A DNA stretch of 64,000 nucleotides, taken from IMG/VR virus record IMGVR_UViG_3300020202_000892, positions 1,667-65,666 of that record; one strand, 5' to 3'. Each line of letters starts with the position of its first letter. Within the stretch, counting starts at the first letter, position 1. Below are positions 61,274-64,000 of this stretch, piece by piece. The notes under the pieces were generated by a model. It was not told the DNA's origin. It saw only the letters and a program-made list of their open reading frames with translations, and did not search any database. Origin of the DNA: a virus. Made by a program: the position numbers and the translations under genes.

Positions 61274-61519
61274 TCAGGCCGCGTAGGCCGGCGCCCGGCG
61301 CTCTTCCGGCAGCGTGCCGCCGAGGACCGCCCAGGCGTCACCGCGCTCGAGCGCGTCCGCCAGGCACAGCTCGCGGACCGGGCACTGAGCGCAGACCGCC
61401 TTGGCCTGTGCGGCCTGGCGCTCGTTGCCCTCGCCCTCCCAGACGTCGCCGACCGGGTAGAACAGCTCCGGGTCGACATCGCGGCAGGAGGCGCGCGCAC
61501 GCCAGTCGATCATGGTCAT
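61274..61519 (-). CDS. whiB: WhiB-family transcription factor
   Basis: WRARASC..VDPELFYP, AKAVCAQCPVRELC, GGT.PEERR; four Cys. Confidence 0.95.
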   Translation of the reverse strand: MTMIDWRARASCRDVDPELFYPVGDVWEGEGNERQAAQAKAVCAQCPVRELCLADALERGDAWAVLGGTLPEERRAPAYAA

Positions 61520-61646
61520 AGTGCTCGCCCCCCTTCCGTGAGACGTCGTCGGAGGCCGCGGTGCGACTCCCGGAGTGGTGGAGCGCGGCCGTGGTGATCG
61601 CGCTCGTGGCCGCTGTCCCGATCTTCGTGATCATCTGGTTCTGGTC

Positions 61647-61970
61647 CTAGGCTTCCGGTGCCGTCCGGCCGCCCTTGATCTTGTAGTACGCCGACTTGTT
61701 CACGCCGACGCATCCGCGCATCTGCTCGTGACCCAGCCCGAGCTCGACCCCGCGGTCGATCGTCTTCCGGATCTTCCGGATGACCTGGTCGTAGTTGTGC
61801 CGCCCGGCCGAGGTCATGTAGCCCTTGCGGGCGACGATCTCGGCGCGTTCGGCGCCCAGCTCGGCGAGCTGCTCCAGCACGGTGGCCTGCCGGACGTTGG
61901 GTTGCTCGACCCGCTTCCCGTACTGCTTCGGCCAGCTCTTGCGGGTGCTGGTCGGTGTCCGTGTTTCCAT
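61647..61970 (-). CDS. Probable leaderless transcriptional regulator (C-terminal HTH-like)
   Basis: LGHEQMRGCVGVNKSAYYKIK; ATG 7 nt after the -10 TACACT; palindrome in its own promoter. Confidence 0.6.
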   Translation of the reverse strand: METRTPTSTRKSWPKQYGKRVEQPNVRQATVLEQLAELGAERAEIVARKGYMTSAGRHNYDQVIRKIRKTIDRGVELGLGHEQMRGCVGVNKSAYYKIKGGRTAPEA

Positions 61971-62007
61971 ACCTGCAAGTGTAGTACACCTGCAGGTGTG
62001 TCGTCTA
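61971..62007 (-). promoter_or_regulatory. Promoter/operator with CACCTGCAGGTG palindrome
   Basis: TAGACG-18-TACACT; palindrome at 61987-61998 plus a degenerate copy at 61971-61980. Confidence 0.6.
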
Positions 62008-62026
62008 GGGCTTCCGGGAGGTCGCT

Positions 62027-62179
62027 GTGGTGGTGCTGGGTCTGATCCTGCTCGTCCTCGGCCTGCTGCTGGGGATCTCGCTGCTGTACTACCTCGGCGC
62101 GATCCTGCTCGTGATCGGCGTGATCTTCTTCGCCCTGGGCGCTTCCGGGCGCCCGGTGGGCGGCAGGCAGTGGTACTGA
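62027..62179 (+). CDS. Small two-TM membrane protein (DUF6131-like)
   Basis: VVVLGLILLVLGLLLGIS...GRPVGGRQWY; GGGAGG RBS. Confidence 0.7.
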   Translation: MVVLGLILLVLGLLLGISLLYYLGAILLVIGVIFFALGASGRPVGGRQWY

Positions 62180-62186
62180 GCTTCCG

Positions 62187-62375
62187 GTGATCCGCTGGCT
62201 CCGGCGCTTCCACCTGCTGATGATGTTCGTCTGGCTGGTGCTCGCCGTGCCGGGGATCATCTGGTGGAAAGAATCGATCTTGTTCGTAATCATCCTGTCG
62301 CTGTACGCCAACTTCGCCGGTGAGTTCTCCGCGTACCAGGCCAGCCGCGCCGAGGAGAAGCAGGACGAGGAGTAG
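62187..62375 (+). CDS. Small membrane protein
   Basis: WKESILFVIILSLYANFAGEFSAYQA. Confidence 0.7.
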   Translation: MIRWLRRFHLLMMFVWLVLAVPGIIWWKESILFVIILSLYANFAGEFSAYQASRAEEKQDEE

Positions 62376-62379
62376 GCCC

Positions 62380-62658
62380 GTGGGACGTCTGGACCGCAGC
62401 CCGCGTAAGAACTGGGTCGAGGAGCAGGGCGGCCTTCCGAAGTACATCGAACGGATCGCCGTACACCTGGTCGCCAAGGGCATGAGCCACTCGCACGCGA
62501 TTGCCACCGCGATCAACGCAGCCAAGAAGATGTGCCGGACCGGTGACCTGAACTGGCCCGGTCTGCAGAACGTCAACCCCGGCTCACGGGCGGAGGCCTG
62601 CGCGGCTGTAGCCCGGTGGGAGGCGATGAAGGCCGCCGCCGGCAAGGGCAACGGCTGA
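62380..62658 (+). CDS. Conserved actinophage hypothetical protein
   Basis: NWVEEQGGLPKYIERIA.HL...AIATAIN..KKMC. Confidence 0.7.
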   Translation: MGRLDRSPRKNWVEEQGGLPKYIERIAVHLVAKGMSHSHAIATAINAAKKMCRTGDLNWPGLQNVNPGSRAEACAAVARWEAMKAAAGKGNG

Positions 62659-62667
62659 CACGACGAA

Positions 62668-62694
62668 GCCCCCTACCGGCTTCCGGTAGGGGGC
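62668..62694. terminator. Bidirectional hairpin terminator
   Basis: GCCCCCTACCGG-CTT-CCGGTAGGGGGC. Confidence 0.75.
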
Positions 62695-62711
62695 CGTCGA
62701 CTTCCGGCGGG

Positions 62712-62894
62712 TCAGCGTCGGCTGGGGAACGCCGAGCAGGCGTCGATCTCGTCGTCCGACACGATCGGCTGCGGCTCGCCACCCTCGAACACGTAGGCAC
62801 CAGCCTCCCGGTAGAACCGCTCGGTGAGCTCCGGAGTGTCGGTCCAGCGATCGACCCGCTGCTTGCTCGGCAGGATGATGATCAGGTGGGTCAT
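62712..62894 (-). CDS. Hypothetical early protein
   Basis: CGAGAGGAC leader. Confidence 0.6.
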   Translation of the reverse strand: MTHLIIILPSKQRVDRWTDTPELTERFYREAGAYVFEGGEPQPIVSDDEIDACSAFPSRR

Positions 62895-62920
62895 GGTCGC
62901 GTCCTCTCGTTCGCTGGTGA

Positions 62921-63154
62921 TCAGTTGTCGTCGGGCAGTTCGTCGAACCCGATCCCGAGCTGAGCTGCGAGCTCACGGGCGAGTTCGTCGTCCCGCTCGG
63001 TGAGCGCTTCCTGTAGCTCGTCGATCATGACATCGTCTTCCGTCATGGCCGTGGGGCTGCCGTACCACCCGCGGATCGCGTTGCCGACCCGGGCGACCGG
63101 CACGATCTCTACGTGGCCCTCACGATCCAGGTCGTTGAGTTCGATCATCCTCAT
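62921..63154 (-). CDS. Acidic hypothetical early protein
   Basis: Downstream of an operator-containing promoter. Confidence 0.65.
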   Translation of the reverse strand: MRMIELNDLDREGHVEIVPVARVGNAIRGWYGSPTAMTEDDVMIDELQEALTERDDELARELAAQLGIGFDELPDDN

Positions 63155-63186
63155 GGTCTTTCACCCTCTCGTTCACTGGTGTACTC

Positions 63187-63215
63187 AGGTTAGCGTACCT
63201 GCAGGTGGAGCGCAA
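63187..63215 (-). promoter_or_regulatory. Promoter with ACCTGCAGGT operator in the spacer
   Basis: TTGCGC-17-TAACCT. Confidence 0.75.
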
Positions 63216-63251
63216 CCCCCCGGCTTCCCCGAGGGTCGCGCCCCCCGATGA

Positions 63252-63419
63252 TCAAAGCGTGCGGTCGGCGCACTCTGTGCCGCAGAACAGGTGTGGGTCG
63301 CCGACGACCTCGATCGCCGCGGGCCGGCTGCAGCCCGGTCCATCGCAGGTCTCCGGCTCGGGGTCGGTGTAGGCGCGGTACTGGTAGGCGGGGGCGTCGA
63401 CGTCCATCCCGACGTCCAT
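63252..63419 (-). CDS. Small Cys-containing protein
   Basis: CDGPGC...FCGTEC; CGAGAGGACAC leader. Confidence 0.55.
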   Translation of the reverse strand: MDVGMDVDAPAYQYRAYTDPEPETCDGPGCSRPAAIEVVGDPHLFCGTECADRTL

Positions 63420-63457
63420 CTCGGTGTCCTCTCGTCCGTCCTTGCTGATGGGGCGGA

Positions 63458-63634
63458 TCAGGCCTTCCGGAGGTCCCGGGGGCTCACCACGATGTGGCCG
63501 CCCCGGTCCAGCCGGACGGTCACGAACCCCTGCTGGGTCAGCTCCACCGCCGTCCCGTACTCGGTGGCGTGCGCCCCGCCAGTGATGAACACGCGGGCCG
63601 TGGCTCCAGGGGTGTCGGTGGCGACGATCTCCAT
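63458..63634 (-). CDS. Small SH3-like protein
   Basis: ARVFITGG...YGTAVE...VTVRLDRG..VSPRDL; CGAGAGGACAC leader. Confidence 0.6.
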   Translation of the reverse strand: MEIVATDTPGATARVFITGGAHATEYGTAVELTQQGFVTVRLDRGGHIVVSPRDLRKA

Positions 63635-63664
63635 TGTGGTGTCCTCTCGCTGGGTGATGTACCT

Positions 63665-63693
63665 AGGTTAGCGCACCTGCAGGTGGAGCACAA
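63665..63693 (-). promoter_or_regulatory. Promoter with CACCTGCAGGTG operator
   Basis: TTGTGC-17-TAACCT. Confidence 0.75.
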
Positions 63694-63718
63694 GCCCCAA
63701 CCTACAGGTGCCGGGCGA

Positions 63719-63949
63719 TCAGACCCAGGGGTTGCGGACGATCTTGACCTTGCTGTCTGGTCGCACGGTGACCCAGCTCAGTCCGCCACCGGGTGACCAG
63801 ACGGCCACCTTGACGTAGGCGCTGCGTCCGTCCTCGCCCTTGCGAGTGAGCGGGTTGGGGTAGGTCTCGTACTCCCGCCCGTTGAGCCGGAACGTGACGC
63901 CGCTACCCAGGTTGCGAACCAGGTCTCGCGCGTCGGTGGTCTCGTTCAT
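63719..63949 (-). CDS. Hypothetical early protein
   Basis: CGAGAGGACAC leader; promoter upstream. Confidence 0.65.
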   Translation of the reverse strand: MNETTDARDLVRNLGSGVTFRLNGREYETYPNPLTRKGEDGRSAYVKVAVWSPGGGLSWVTVRPDSKVKIVRNPWV

Positions 63950-63979
63950 CGTGGTGTCCTCTCGCTCGGGGATGCACCT

Positions 63980-64000
63980 AGGTTAGCGCACCTGCAGGTG
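63980..64000 (-). promoter_or_regulatory. Partial promoter with CACCTGCAGGTG operator (cut by window end)
   Basis: Same spacer and -10 TAACCT as the 63665 copy. Confidence 0.7.

Overview
The window holds most of the genome of a GC-rich, long-tailed (siphovirus-type) actinobacteriophage. 1-27.7 kb (+) is the virion and lysis module: terminase, portal, MuF-like protein, scaffold, capsid, head-tail proteins, major tail, frameshifted tail chaperones, tape measure, tail proteins (one with a PL7 lyase domain), an Excalibur-domain protein plus class F sortase, endolysin and holin. 28-42 kb (-) is a run of small early genes that includes a second terminase large subunit and a TerS-like gene. 42-45.5 kb (+) starts with a Cro-like HTH and includes an SPFH protein. 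45.5-51 kb (-) encodes RusA, a Cas4-like exonuclease, a probable SSB and an SF2 helicase. 51-61 kb (+) encodes a single primase-SF3 helicase-PolA fusion with an embedded iteron-like origin, followed by an ncRNA array and a Ro60/TROVE protein. The array has two canonical tRNAs and six paralogous stem-closed Y-RNA-like units, two of them carrying circularly permuted tRNA modules. 61-64 kb has whiB and early genes sharing a palindromic operator. No integrase, RtcB or CRISPR array was seen. The strongest novelty candidates are the Ro60 plus multi-Y-RNA/permuted-tRNA array, the sortase-substrate pair and the second terminase. All assignments come from reading motifs by eye, not from database searches.
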